A DNA stretch of 64,000 nt from an uncultured Chloroflexales bacterium (GCA_937967405.1 CALCJV010000027.1:8527-72526); one strand, 5' to 3'; shown: positions 1 to 8,874, counted from the first letter of the stretch. Notes: generated by a model from the sequence alone, not told the origin. Numbers and translations: made by a program.

Positions 1-273
1 CAGCCCGCTCTGCTTAGGGCGGATGTGGTTGGCGTTGATCTCGACACCAAATGCAGCCTTACCCGGCGGGCAGTGCAGCAATGCGCCTGCCCCCGCTACC
101 GTCTCGCAGAGCACCACGCTCACGCCGCCGTGCAGGTAGCCCCACGGCTGGTGGTGGATCGCTTGGACTGGCATGGTGGCAATAACACGCTCTCGCGTCA
201 GCTCGACAAATTCAATCTGGAAGACATCCAGCAGGGCGAAAGTTGGTAGGTGGCGCAGGTCTTCAAGGTTCAT
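1..273 (-). CDS. PaaI/hotdog-fold thioesterase family protein (3' end runs off the window)
   Basis: Absent from the ORF track because it is truncated by the window edge. My reverse-complement translation from ATG (comp. 273-271) reads MNLEDLRHLPTFALLDVFQIEFVELTRERVIATMPVQAIHHQPWGYLHGGVSVVLCETVAGAGALL... and stays open to nt 1. The GYLHGG...L.ET..G pattern is typical of PaaI/TIGR00369 thioesterases. An AAGGAAAGGAAG Shine-Dalgarno-like run lies just upstream (comp. 277-290). Confidence 0.65.
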   Translation of the reverse strand, partial: MNLEDLRHLPTFALLDVFQIEFVELTRERVIATMPVQAIHHQPWGYLHGGVSVVLCETVAGAGALLHCPPGKAAFGVEINANHIRPKQSGL

Positions 274-398
274 CGGGCTTCCTTTCCTTGTGTGGTATCT
301 GCTAGTCATTGTCTCCCCTATGCTATCGGCTACTGTACCACACAATCTTACGGGAGTATGCAGCTGATCAAGGCGAGATGGGACAATCCAGCCATGCG

Positions 399-851
399 AT
401 GCAGTGCAGCAATACACGAAAGGAATGGAGCAACGTGCAATATGTGGTGCAAATCTTGATAGTCGTGATGGTGGCACTCGGCGCGAGTGGCTGCGGGCAA
501 TCGCCGCCGCCGATTCCGGTCTATCCCGAAGCAGTGCCAGTGCAGGGCGAGAACCTCGTAGCGAATGCCCTGCGCGATGCCCTGCTCAAAGAGCAGCAGG
601 CGCAAGGCTTGACGGCTACCTCACAGGTCTACACCATTCCGCGCAATCACGGCTTTGCGGAAGTACAGACATTCTACACAGAGGCTTTAGAGGCGGCTGG
701 CTGGCAACGCGATCAGATGAATATCCCCGTTCCCGATGGTGGCATTGCCGGCTGGACGCGCGGTGAGCGGCATGCCTTCGTGGTGATGGTGTTGCGCGAT
801 CCGCTCAACAACCAGACCTTGCTGCTGACGGTTGAGGCGCAGCGTGAGTAG
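399..851 (+). CDS. hypothetical lipoprotein
   Basis: ORF track 309-851. The hydrophobic stretch ILIVVMVALGASG followed by Cys (lipobox-like) suggests a lipoprotein signal. Start is uncertain: ATG 399, or GTG 435 preceded by GGAG 427-430. No family recognised. Confidence 0.5.
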   Translation: MQCSNTRKEWSNVQYVVQILIVVMVALGASGCGQSPPPIPVYPEAVPVQGENLVANALRDALLKEQQAQGLTATSQVYTIPRNHGFAEVQTFYTEALEAAGWQRDQMNIPVPDGGIAGWTRGERHAFVVMVLRDPLNNQTLLLTVEAQRE

Positions 852-993
852 GCTTGACCCACGCCGCCGATTTTCTGGTACTATAACAGCCACAGCAAAT
901 GCAATCGCTTGATGGCGTGATTGGAGAATGCACTGATCTGCACTCAGGCAAATATCACGATGATTCTATATTAATCCTAATTAAGGAGCTTGT

Positions 994-1980
994 ATGAAGG
1001 CATACCTGCAACGTTGGTGTCATCTTATCGTGCTGGTAGGGATCGGCGTGGCTCTGCTCAATCTGCCGCATGCTGTTGGGCTAGCCCAAGACACGTCGCC
1101 CGTCTACTATCCCCAAACGGGGCAATTCCTCAGTGGGGCCTTTCGGGTATTCTATGAACAAAATGGCGGTACGCCCAACTTTGGTTTCCCGATCACACCG
1201 CCCTACTTTCGCAACGAAGACCGCCAAATCGTGCAATACTTCGAGCGGGCGCGGTTTGAGCTGATCGAGGAGCCGGGTCGCCCGCCATTTATCCGCTTGG
1301 GCAACATTGGTACGGATTACATCCGCTTCAAGGGCTATAATTTCGGGCGTACTGAGCCAGTGTCGGATACGCGCACCCGCCGTTATTTTCCGGAGACGGG
1401 GCACAAGATCGAAGGCATCTTCAAAGACTATTGGGATAACAACAATGGCACGTTCTTCTTCGGCGGGCCGCTGAGCGAGCTAGTTGCGGAAGTGCTACCG
1501 AATGGCGAGCAAAAGACGGTGCAGTATTTCGAGCGCACGCGCTTGGAGCTAGGGGCAAGTGGAGCCTACGATACCTTCACGCGTGGCTCGCTCGGTAATA
1601 CGCTTGCGCCGTGTCAGTTGCAGATTCCACGCCCGCGCAATCTGCCGCCGTCGGGGCCAGTGCTAGAGGGCGACCCCAGCCAGTGTGCCAATCCCGAAAC
1701 GATTGTGATCGGGCGCGTCTTCCCAGAGAGTGGGTTGCCCGGCACACGCTTTGCCTTCGAGGCGATCCGCTTTCGCCCCAATGAGCCAATCAGCCTATGG
1801 ATCAATTTACCCGATGGCACGGTGCGCCCGATTCCGTATCAGGCCTTTGCCGACAGTGACGGCGCAGTGCTAGTTGCGTTTGATACACGTCCAGATGATC
1901 GGCTGGGCTTGTACAGCATCGTTGGCGAGGGCAACCTGAGTCGGCGCGTGCTGCTCGTTTCATTCAGGCTCAGCCGCTAG
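994..1980 (+). CDS. secreted repeat protein, function unknown
   Basis: AAGGAG at 983-988 precedes ATG 994. N-terminal signal-like segment LIVLVGIGVALLNLPHAVGLAQD. Two internal repeats: YYPQTGQFLSGAFRVFYEQNGG..FGFPIT..QYFERARFEL and YFPETGHKIEGIFKDYWDNNNG..FGGPLS..QYFERTRLEL. Confidence 0.7.
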   Translation: MKAYLQRWCHLIVLVGIGVALLNLPHAVGLAQDTSPVYYPQTGQFLSGAFRVFYEQNGGTPNFGFPITPPYFRNEDRQIVQYFERARFELIEEPGRPPFIRLGNIGTDYIRFKGYNFGRTEPVSDTRTRRYFPETGHKIEGIFKDYWDNNNGTFFFGGPLSELVAEVLPNGEQKTVQYFERTRLELGASGAYDTFTRGSLGNTLAPCQLQIPRPRNLPPSGPVLEGDPSQCANPETIVIGRVFPESGLPGTRFAFEAIRFRPNEPISLWINLPDGTVRPIPYQAFADSDGAVLVAFDTRPDDRLGLYSIVGEGNLSRRVLLVSFRLSR

Positions 1981-1990
1981 CTAACGGAGC

Positions 1991-2059
1991 GACGTACTCG
2001 CGGTACGTCTGGGGCGGTAGGCGTAAGCTAAGAAGACGTGTCAATTGGCACGTCTTTTT
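1991..2059 (+). terminator. two tandem hairpins, the second a Rho-independent terminator
   Basis: Hairpin 1: GACGTAC-tcgcg-GTACGTC (1991-2009). Hairpin 2: AAGACGTG-tcaattgg-CACGTCTT (2033-2056), followed by a T run to 2059. Both lie directly after the stop codon at 1978-1980. Confidence 0.6.
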
Positions 2060-2160
2060 ATATCGGGATGATTTGCATGGTCTTCTGAGTATGGCAACGT
2101 GGAGCAGATTGACCAATGATCCGAGTATGCTCGCTTCCTCATTCAATGTGTGCTTGTGGG

Positions 2161-2188
2161 TTGAAAAATTAGGGTTTTATGGTATACT
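2161..2188 (+). promoter_or_regulatory. sigma70-like promoter candidate for 2296-2790
   Basis: TTGAAA (2161-2166), 16-nt spacer, TATACT (2183-2188), in an AT-rich spacer of a GC-rich genome. Confidence 0.4.
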
Positions 2189-2295
2189 GTTAATCACCAA
2201 AAATCACTCTATTTGGGTTCTAGTTGGGTATCAAAAGAACAACGATTAAGTGAAGAGAGTGCCCGCCTCTAGGCAAGCACCAGAAAGATGTAAGT

Positions 2296-2790
2296 ATGCC
2301 AACGATTCCGCGTAAGTGGCCGAGCGAGCTTGAACCCGAACGCGAACAGATGCTTCAAGCGGCAACTGAGGCAGCGCAATTGTTGCTTGATGCACAGGCT
2401 AAGCTGGATACTGCCCGCGACAAAGTGCGGGCGAATCCGAACCTTGTGCTGGTGTTGCTCGCGGAGAGTGACCGTATGGTCTACAACGCATTAGCCCGCC
2501 TCGAACGCATCCAACGCTATATCGCCGTCTGTCGTGGTGCGCCGCTTGGCGGGCGGTGGCCGAGTGTCGCCATGCGCCAACGCGACCAAGCCGCGCAGGC
2601 TGTGCAGCAAGCCAGCGAGGTCCTTTCCCAAGCCCAAGAAGTCCTCAGTGATGCGCTTGAGAAATCGCACAGCAATCCAGCCCTTGTCGAGACCATGATC
2701 GCCACCGTCAGCTATCGGCAGGCCCGCGCCCTCATGCTCGTCGAACGTATCGCCCGCTTGATGACCGAAGCTGCCGTCGGGCGCGAGTAA
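2296..2790 (+). CDS. hypothetical helical protein with two copies of an A-x-x-L...NP-x-L-V...ERI module
   Basis: 164-aa ORF. Halves align to each other: ..AQAKLDTARDKVRANPNLVLVLLAESDRMVYNALARLERIQRYI.. versus ..AQEVLSDALEKSHSNPALVETMIATVSYRQARALMLVERIARLM.. The same module occurs once in ORF 3524-3829. Confidence 0.6.
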   Translation: MPTIPRKWPSELEPEREQMLQAATEAAQLLLDAQAKLDTARDKVRANPNLVLVLLAESDRMVYNALARLERIQRYIAVCRGAPLGGRWPSVAMRQRDQAAQAVQQASEVLSQAQEVLSDALEKSHSNPALVETMIATVSYRQARALMLVERIARLMTEAAVGRE

Positions 2791-2841
2791 GCCCCTGCTC
2801 ACTCCGCGCAAAACGCTCAGGAATCGCGTTTTTCACCATCC

Positions 2842-2861
2842 TCAAGAAACGATCAAGAACC
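2842..2861 (+). promoter_or_regulatory. two direct TCAAGAA(A/C)C boxes upstream of the -35 element
   Basis: TCAAGAAAC (2842-2850) and TCAAGAACC (2853-2861), 11 nt start to start. The same AAGAACC core recurs twice downstream of the promoter (2919-2940). Confidence 0.45.
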
Positions 2862-2873
2862 TTACAATAGCCC

Positions 2874-2902
2874 TTGACAGCTTGCATCCTATCGTGTATA
2901 GT
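2874..2902 (+). promoter_or_regulatory. near-consensus sigma70-like promoter for 3020-3454
   Basis: TTGACA (2874-2879), 17-nt spacer, TATAGT (2897-2902). Confidence 0.5.
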
Positions 2903-2918
2903 ACCTCTAAGTTAATCC

Positions 2919-2940
2919 AATAAGAACCTAATAAGAACCT
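2919..2940 (+). repeat. perfect 2 x 11-nt tandem repeat AATAAGAACCT
   Basis: AATAAGAACCT at 2919-2929 and again at 2930-2940, about +10 to +30 relative to the predicted promoter. Probable operator or leader element. Confidence 0.8.
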
Positions 2941-3019
2941 ATCTAGTAACTACATGATGGCCAAATGAAACCCGATAAACGTATGGGAAGGAGCTTTTCA
3001 GGGTAGCAAGGAGAAATCG

Positions 3020-3454
3020 GTGGACAGAGACGCAAAGTTGCTCGTATCCGTTTCGTTGCAGGTATCGGGCTTGTCGGTACTGTATGCAGGTGGGCTGAGT
3101 TGGCTCGAACGCCAATTTCCCCTCATCAAGCCCGATCACATTTGGGCCGAGGTTGCAGGTGGGGTCTTAATCACCCTTGTGCCTGTTGCCCTCACGGCGC
3201 GGCGGCTTACCTCCCAGCCCGATAGCAACCTCTCGTGGCGTGATTATGAGGCCGCAGTCTGGTGTGCGTTCGGGGCCTCAGGTGTGCCCATCATCTTGTG
3301 GCAGTTGGGTGAGACGCTTGTGCGACGGGCGGAGCTGCTGCAGTATGCCGCGTATCGCTTGCCAGACCGTGAGGATGAGGAGGACACGGAGTACCTAAGC
3401 CTGCATGGCAAGGTTCACATCCTGAAGCAATACCTACTATCTATCGCAGGTTAG
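3020..3454 (+). CDS. hypothetical membrane protein
   Basis: GTG start 3020 preceded by AAGGAGA (3008-3014). Hydrophobic segments: LLVSVSLQVSGLSVLYAGGL, VAGGVLITLVPVALTA, AAVWCAFGASGVPIILW. Acidic C-terminal tail. Confidence 0.55.
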   Translation: MDRDAKLLVSVSLQVSGLSVLYAGGLSWLERQFPLIKPDHIWAEVAGGVLITLVPVALTARRLTSQPDSNLSWRDYEAAVWCAFGASGVPIILWQLGETLVRRAELLQYAAYRLPDREDEEDTEYLSLHGKVHILKQYLLSIAG

Positions 3455-3523
3455 CCGATCCGCCGCACATCCGGCGGCTACACCCTGACAATCAAATAAC
3501 GCACCTTATGAAGGAGGACGATC

Positions 3524-3829
3524 ATGGAACTACCTACGCCCGCCCACGCAGAGCGTTTGCTTGGAAACGATACCTATGAGTATCACGTCGCGGAGATTCT
3601 GCGCGAAACTGCTGAACTGATTGCCCAGACGCGCCAGATCATTCAGCAAGCCCGCGCCAATCTGTGGTACAACCCAGAACTTACGGCGGTGATGCTTGAT
3701 GATCTAGTGCAGGCCCACAACACTGCTCACGATTGCACCGCGCAAGTTGCTAATTACCTGCAAACCTTATCTGTCACGGAGCTGTATCTGCCGCGCTACG
3801 CCACCCAATCGGAAGGGCTACATAGCTAG
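3524..3829 (+). CDS. hypothetical helical protein, single-module paralogue of 2296-2790
   Basis: AAGGAGG (3511-3517) precedes ATG 3524. ..IAQTRQIIQQARANLWYNPELTAVMLDDLVQAHNTAHDCTAQVANYL.. matches the NP-x-L module of ORF 2296-2790. Confidence 0.6.
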   Translation: MELPTPAHAERLLGNDTYEYHVAEILRETAELIAQTRQIIQQARANLWYNPELTAVMLDDLVQAHNTAHDCTAQVANYLQTLSVTELYLPRYATQSEGLHS

Positions 3830-4011
3830 CCGGAGCCGTTGCGCTGCATAGCACGCGGCAATTTGTCGTTATTCGGTTGCTTGCCCAAACGCGGATAACC
3901 GCACGCTGAAGAACTAAAGCCTGCACACACTGTCTGTGGCTCTCTGGTGGGATCGCTTGTTCTCACCGCTGGGCCTGCGTGTGCCCCAAACCTGAACAAG
4001 GAGCTAAACTG

Positions 4012-4260
4012 ATGTATCAGACCCTACGAGCGATTCTGCATGTTGGACGAGTTGCCCCCACCGGCAGTGCGCGGGTTGCCCGCCAACGGCTGCACGCGGT
4101 TGTGCGCCAAGCCCACACGGCTCCGCCGCCTGTGCCGCCTGTGCCGCTCCAACCACTGCCCGCTTCCGATACCGCGTTGTTGCGGCGGTTGCTGAGCCAA
4201 GAGTGTGCCCCGCCCGCCGCTTCCGAGTATGGCTATGCCGCATCTTGCCACAATGCGTAA
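4012..4260 (+). CDS. possible 82-aa leader ORF overlapping the NACHT gene start
   Basis: A good AAGGAG (3998-4003) lies 8 nt before ATG 4012. Stop TAA 4258-4260 overlaps ATG 4253 of the next frame. The product is Arg/Ala/Pro-rich and matches no family. It could be a real coupled ORF or a GC-frame artefact. Confidence 0.3.
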   Translation: MYQTLRAILHVGRVAPTGSARVARQRLHAVVRQAHTAPPPVPPVPLQPLPASDTALLRRLLSQECAPPAASEYGYAASCHNA

Positions 4261-7200
4261 TCCGTTGCGCCGCAAGCGCGGTGCGCCCGCCGCGCAGCCG
4301 CTTAGCCACGCGCTCCAGCAGAGCTTCGCCGTAAGTGGAGCCACGCTGTTAGAACAGCTCGCGCATGTGCCAGAGCAGGCCAGCTTCTTTGCCTTGCACC
4401 GCTACGCCGAGCGGCTCGTCGCCTTGCGTGATCAGCCGCCTAGCCCTGTATGGGAGCGGGCGGTGCAACAGGCGTGGGAGCAGACCACCCGCGATCCGCA
4501 CGCGCAGTCGTTGGGAGCGGCCCTGCACCTGCTCCTCAGTAGCCCGCAGCCAGTGGTGGCCCAGTTGCGTGGCATGCTGATTGCAGAGTATTTCTTTCGC
4601 AGCCAGCCGGATCGGGGGCGACTGCTCGACGCTTACCGCCACGAGGTACGGCAGCAGCACCCAGAGCTACCAGCGTGGACAATCCTTGAACCAGCGTTGC
4701 GCCACTTTTGGCAGGTGGCTCTGCGGCACGCCTTGAGTGAGCAGCGGGAGCTACGCTGGCTCTTGCTGGATCGGCGTGAGCAAGCTCTTGTTGAGCAACT
4801 CGGCTCGCCAAGCATGGAGAATGACCATGCGGCGGCACAGGCAACGCGCCTGCTGCACGCCCTGACGCACCTGCCCACACAAGCGATTGCCGCGAGCGAG
4901 GGCAGTACTATCACGCACGCCAGCCTCCAGCAAACCTTCGTGCTGGGTGCAACCGGTGCGCTCCCCGCACCTGACCTTGCGCGGCTCTACCACCGCTACC
5001 AGAGCTTCATCCTTGAGACCTTTGGCGCACTTGATTTTCGCGGCATTCTCCAGATGAAAAATGTCGTGCGCCTGCGCCTCGAAGATGTCTACATCCCTCT
5101 CTATGCCCGCCGTGTGGTGCGCGTCGGTGGTAGCCCGTCTAGCCCCACTCCGCCCCGCAAGCAGCGTCGCTGGCGCATCCCCGGCGAGGAGGATATGCAT
5201 GCTCCGGCTCCGTTGCATCAGTTCATCCGCGATCACGCCATGTTGGTGGTGCTAGGCGATCCCGGTTCGGGCAAAAGCACGCTGGTGCGTGCCTTGCTGC
5301 TGGCACTGGCAAGCGGGCGGGGCTATGCCGAATTTGGGCTGCACGATGCGTGGCTGCCCATCTTCTTCCCCGTCGCGGCCTTTGCGGATGCCCGCAGCCG
5401 CACTGGGGGGCACAGCCTTGCCCCCCTCGACTACCTCACCAGCTACTACACCGGCTTATCGCAGCCGGACTATGCGCCGCTCTTTCTGCGTGCACTGCAT
5501 GCCGGGCGGGCACTGGTGCTATTTGATGGCCTCGATGAGGTGCGCGGGGATCGGCTGGGCTTGGTGCGCTGCCTCGAAGCCTTGATCCGCGAGTGGGACG
5601 GGCCCGGCAATCGCTTCATTGCAACCAGCCGGATTGCTGGCTATGATGATGCCCCGCTTGATCCAGACCTCTTTGCCTGTGTTGCGCTGCAAGAACTCGA
5701 CGATAATGCGATCCGCCTGTTTATCAGCCGCTGGAGTAGTGCCTTTGAGCGAGCAGGAACCCAGCATCGGCTCAGCGATGCCCAGATTGCCGAACTGGAG
5801 CTGCAACGCCGTGTGGACATACGTACCCGCGACTTGACGGCAGCGGTCTTTACCAATGCCAATGTCACCACGCTGGCACGCAATCCGTTGCTGCTCACAA
5901 TCCTTGCCCTGATCCATCATCAAGGCGCAAGCCTGCCAGATCGCCGCGTAGACCTCTATCAGGTATGTGTACAAGCCTTGGCAGAGACGTGGCATCGGGC
6001 GCGTTCGCTCTCTGGGCGCGAAGTAGACCTGTATCTTGGCAACGAAAAGCTCGATGAGCGGTTCGTCGTCAATCTGCTGGGCCCTACGGCATTATGGATG
6101 CAAGAACATCGCCCCGGTGGCTTGGTCGAGCGTGATGAGCTTGAACAAACCCTCGCCCAAACCCTGATCCAGACTGACGGCTTGCCGCCGGGCCGCGCTC
6201 GCCGCACCGCACAGAGCTTCGTTGATCTGATGCACTACGAGACGGGGCTGCTGCAAGAGCGCGGACATCGGCGATACGGCTTTATGCACCTGACATTTGA
6301 AGAGTACCTTGCAGCGCGGGCCCTGCTCGAATCGGTGGTGGTTGCTAATCCGGATGCCATCATCCACGAACGCTGCGTAGACCCGCGCTGGCGTGAAGTC
6401 CTGCGCCTGACGGTGGCGGCGGCTTCACAGCGCGAGGCGCAACACTTAATCCTGCATATGCTCGCTGCACCCACAACGCCCGCAACAGCTGGACGACCCG
6501 TCGTGCTTGCAGGTGAGTGTTTGCTCGATATTGGGCGCAACAGTGCCACCCAGCAGGCATGGCTCGCCGTGCGCGAACAGCTTGTGGCGTTGTTAGCGGA
6601 TGCCCAGATTCCCCTTGCAACGCGCCTCGCGGGGGGCTTGGTCTTAGGGCGGCTTGGCGATCCGCGCCTGCTTGATATTCGGACGGGCACATCTACAACG
6701 GGTACGTATTGGTATGCGGTTCCTACAATGCCTGCCTGTCAAATTGCCAGACTGCCCGTTACCAACGCTGAGTTTGGGCTGTTTATGGCGGGGCAAGGCT
6801 ACCAACAGCAGGGATGGTGGACGGCACACGGGTGGCAGTTTGTGCAAAATCCTGCCCACGCCGAGCCACTCGTGCAGCCGAGCCACTGGACACACGCTGC
6901 CTTTGCCGCCCCCAATCAGCCTGTGGTGGGGGTGTCGTGGTATGAAGCGGCCGCCTACTGCGCGTGGCTTACTGATCAGGGGCGGCGGGCGGGTTGGCTT
7001 GCGCCAACGGCGACACTCCGCCTGCCCACATCGGCCGAATGGCATGCCGCCGCAACCCACGGTAGCGGCCGCCCCTATGTGTGGGGGGATGCACCGCCTA
7101 CTCCCGAACATGCAAACTACGATGCGACCGCTGTGCATGCCCCAACTGCCGTTGGCTGCTTTCCGCTGGGGCAAGCTGCGTGTGGTGCGCTCGATCTGGC

Positions 7201-7456
7201 GGGCAATGTGTGGGAGTGGACGTGTACCCTGTATCGCCCCACCCCCAACGATAGCCCAGAGCTATCGCCACAGGCTGATTTCGCCCCCGATCAGCAGCCG
7301 ATCATTCGTGGGGGGGCCTTCAACTGGAGCCACGAGTATTTGCACAATCAGCAGTACTACTGGTTTAGTGCCGCCCAACGCCGCAACCTTGTCGGCTTTC
7401 GGCTGGTGCGGGTAGATCATGCTGATGTGTCCACAGACGATCACAAAGGAGCTTGA
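4205..7456 (+). CDS. NACHT-family STAND NTPase with a C-terminal FGE/SUMF1-like (cysteine-less) domain
   Basis: Walker A VVLGDPGSGKST (about 5250-5282). Walker B LVLFDGLDEV (about 5514-5543). Pre-P-loop LDFRGI..LEDVYIPL context. C-terminal FGE-sulfatase signatures: VTNAEF, GVSWYEAAAYCAWL, RLPTSAEWHAAA, GNVWEWT, RGGAF, VGFRLV. Start is ambiguous (GTG 4205, ATG 4229, 4235 or 4253). Confidence 0.85.
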   Translation: MPRPPLPSMAMPHLATMRNPLRRKRGAPAAQPLSHALQQSFAVSGATLLEQLAHVPEQASFFALHRYAERLVALRDQPPSPVWERAVQQAWEQTTRDPHAQSLGAALHLLLSSPQPVVAQLRGMLIAEYFFRSQPDRGRLLDAYRHEVRQQHPELPAWTILEPALRHFWQVALRHALSEQRELRWLLLDRREQALVEQLGSPSMENDHAAAQATRLLHALTHLPTQAIAASEGSTITHASLQQTFVLGATGALPAPDLARLYHRYQSFILETFGALDFRGILQMKNVVRLRLEDVYIPLYARRVVRVGGSPSSPTPPRKQRRWRIPGEEDMHAPAPLHQFIRDHAMLVVLGDPGSGKSTLVRALLLALASGRGYAEFGLHDAWLPIFFPVAAFADARSRTGGHSLAPLDYLTSYYTGLSQPDYAPLFLRALHAGRALVLFDGLDEVRGDRLGLVRCLEALIREWDGPGNRFIATSRIAGYDDAPLDPDLFACVALQELDDNAIRLFISRWSSAFERAGTQHRLSDAQIAELELQRRVDIRTRDLTAAVFTNANVTTLARNPLLLTILALIHHQGASLPDRRVDLYQVCVQALAETWHRARSLSGREVDLYLGNEKLDERFVVNLLGPTALWMQEHRPGGLVERDELEQTLAQTLIQTDGLPPGRARRTAQSFVDLMHYETGLLQERGHRRYGFMHLTFEEYLAARALLESVVVANPDAIIHERCVDPRWREVLRLTVAAASQREAQHLILHMLAAPTTPATAGRPVVLAGECLLDIGRNSATQQAWLAVREQLVALLADAQIPLATRLAGGLVLGRLGDPRLLDIRTGTSTTGTYWYAVPTMPACQIARLPVTNAEFGLFMAGQGYQQQGWWTAHGWQFVQNPAHAEPLVQPSHWTHAAFAAPNQPVVGVSWYEAAAYCAWLTDQGRRAGWLAPTATLRLPTSAEWHAAATHGSGRPYVWGDAPPTPEHANYDATAVHAPTAVGCFPLGQAACGALDLAGNVWEWTCTLYRPTPNDSPELSPQADFAPDQQPIIRGGAFNWSHEYLHNQQYYWFSAAQRRNLVGFRLVRVDHADVSTDDHKGA

Positions 7457-7459
7457 GCG

Positions 7460-8872
7460 ATGCCGCCGGTAGATTTGAGCCTGACATTTCTCGCGCATGC
7501 AGATGCACCAACCACCCTCCTGCGTTGGGAGTCGCCCGTCATTGGCGTGCGCCAGAGCCACTTCACCCCGCCCTTTACACCCACCGTGCTTGCATTGGTG
7601 TTGCGAGCACTTGACCAAAGCCAGACAAGCCGTACCGCGCTTGGGGTCTTTACGTCGGCCGAGCAGCAGCACCTCGCGCAGCTAGGGCTGTGGCAGGCTG
7701 AAGCAGACGGGGGCGGCTTGCCCGCCGATCTGGCGGTGCGCGTGGGGCAACATCTGTTCCGCGCTGTGACGGCCGATCCGCAGGCGGCGATGGCGTTGGC
7801 GAGCGTGCGCGACTACGCGAGCCACATGAATCTGCCACTTGCGCTGCACCTACGCTTCCCACCGCGTGCGGTTGATTTGGCGGCACTGCCGTGGGAGACG
7901 CTCAGCGATCAGGATGGCATTGCGCTATTGTTAGGGCACGGGCGGGCGGCAGCATGCACCCGCTACCTCGATCTGGAGCGTGCGCTCCCGCCTCCGCCCG
8001 TGCGAAGGCTGCCGTTGCGAGTGCTGGTGATTAGCCCGCACGCGGGTATCCCGACTGCCACACGCATTGCCGAACAACACGTGCGCTGGCAGGCGTGGGA
8101 GCCGCTGCTCAAAAGCAGGCGCATCGTGGTGCATGAGATCAGCCCAGCTACCCGTGAGCAACTGCTCCATGCGCTGAGTATCTTCCCCGCGCCGGATATT
8201 GTGCACTACTATGGGCACGGGCGGTATCAGGATGGCAAAGCGGCATTGCTGCTCGATGCTCCCGATGGCGGCGAGGATTGGCTAGGGGTGCAGGCTTGTG
8301 CCGCGCTGCTGGGGCAGGTGCGGCTGCTGGTGCTGTTCGCTTGTCAGGGGGCCAGCCTGAATCCGGCTCACAACATGCTCAGCAGCCTTGCGCCTGCGCT
8401 CAGTGCGGCGGGTGTGCAGGCGGTGCTGGCCATGCAGGTTGCTGTGCGGGTGCATGCCGCCACCCGTGCAAGCAGTGTGCTGTACCGTGCGCTGGCGAGT
8501 GGCTGGAGCATGCAGCAGGCCACGGCATTGGTGCGCCAAACGCTGTACATCCACGAGCCGGATCAGGCTTCGTGGTATGTGCCGGTGCTGTATGTGCGGG
8601 CAAGTACGCCACAGCCCGTCTATCTTTTGCCGCCCGCCCCCGCTGCGGCGAATGCTGAAACGCACGCGCCAGCTATGCTGGATACGCCCGATGCGCCTCC
8701 TACCCCTGCCCCTGCGGCCTCGCGCCCAATTCGTTGGCAAGCCCCGCGCCAGCAGATCATTGCCCGCCAGCGCAGCCAAATCGCGGGCGTGCGCCTGACG
8801 GCCAGCGGTGTGGCTGAGCAACTGGTCGAGGCGAGCGACAACAGCCAGATCAGCGATGTGCAGGCGCAGTAG
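7460..8872 (+). CDS. CHAT-domain (caspase-like) protease
   Basis: ATG 7460 lies 3 nt after the NACHT stop, with AAAGGAG at 7445-7451. His-Cys dyad motifs: VHYYGHG (His codon 8216-8218) and LVLFACQGAS (Cys codon 8342-8344). Confidence 0.85.
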   Translation: MPPVDLSLTFLAHADAPTTLLRWESPVIGVRQSHFTPPFTPTVLALVLRALDQSQTSRTALGVFTSAEQQHLAQLGLWQAEADGGGLPADLAVRVGQHLFRAVTADPQAAMALASVRDYASHMNLPLALHLRFPPRAVDLAALPWETLSDQDGIALLLGHGRAAACTRYLDLERALPPPPVRRLPLRVLVISPHAGIPTATRIAEQHVRWQAWEPLLKSRRIVVHEISPATREQLLHALSIFPAPDIVHYYGHGRYQDGKAALLLDAPDGGEDWLGVQACAALLGQVRLLVLFACQGASLNPAHNMLSSLAPALSAAGVQAVLAMQVAVRVHAATRASSVLYRALASGWSMQQATALVRQTLYIHEPDQASWYVPVLYVRASTPQPVYLLPPAPAAANAETHAPAMLDTPDAPPTPAPAASRPIRWQAPRQQIIARQRSQIAGVRLTASGVAEQLVEASDNSQISDVQAQ

Positions 8873-8874
8873 CC

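Noticed and set aside
25-249. 74-aa plus-strand ORF at the window start
   Set aside because: The opposite strand encodes a recognisable PaaI-type thioesterase with an RBS. The plus-strand product has no features.
8278-8821. Cluster of overlapping 60-180-aa ORFs in several frames
   Set aside because: All lie inside the CHAT protease gene, whose frame carries the His/Cys dyad motifs. The alternative frames are Ala/Arg/Gly/Cys-rich GC artefacts.
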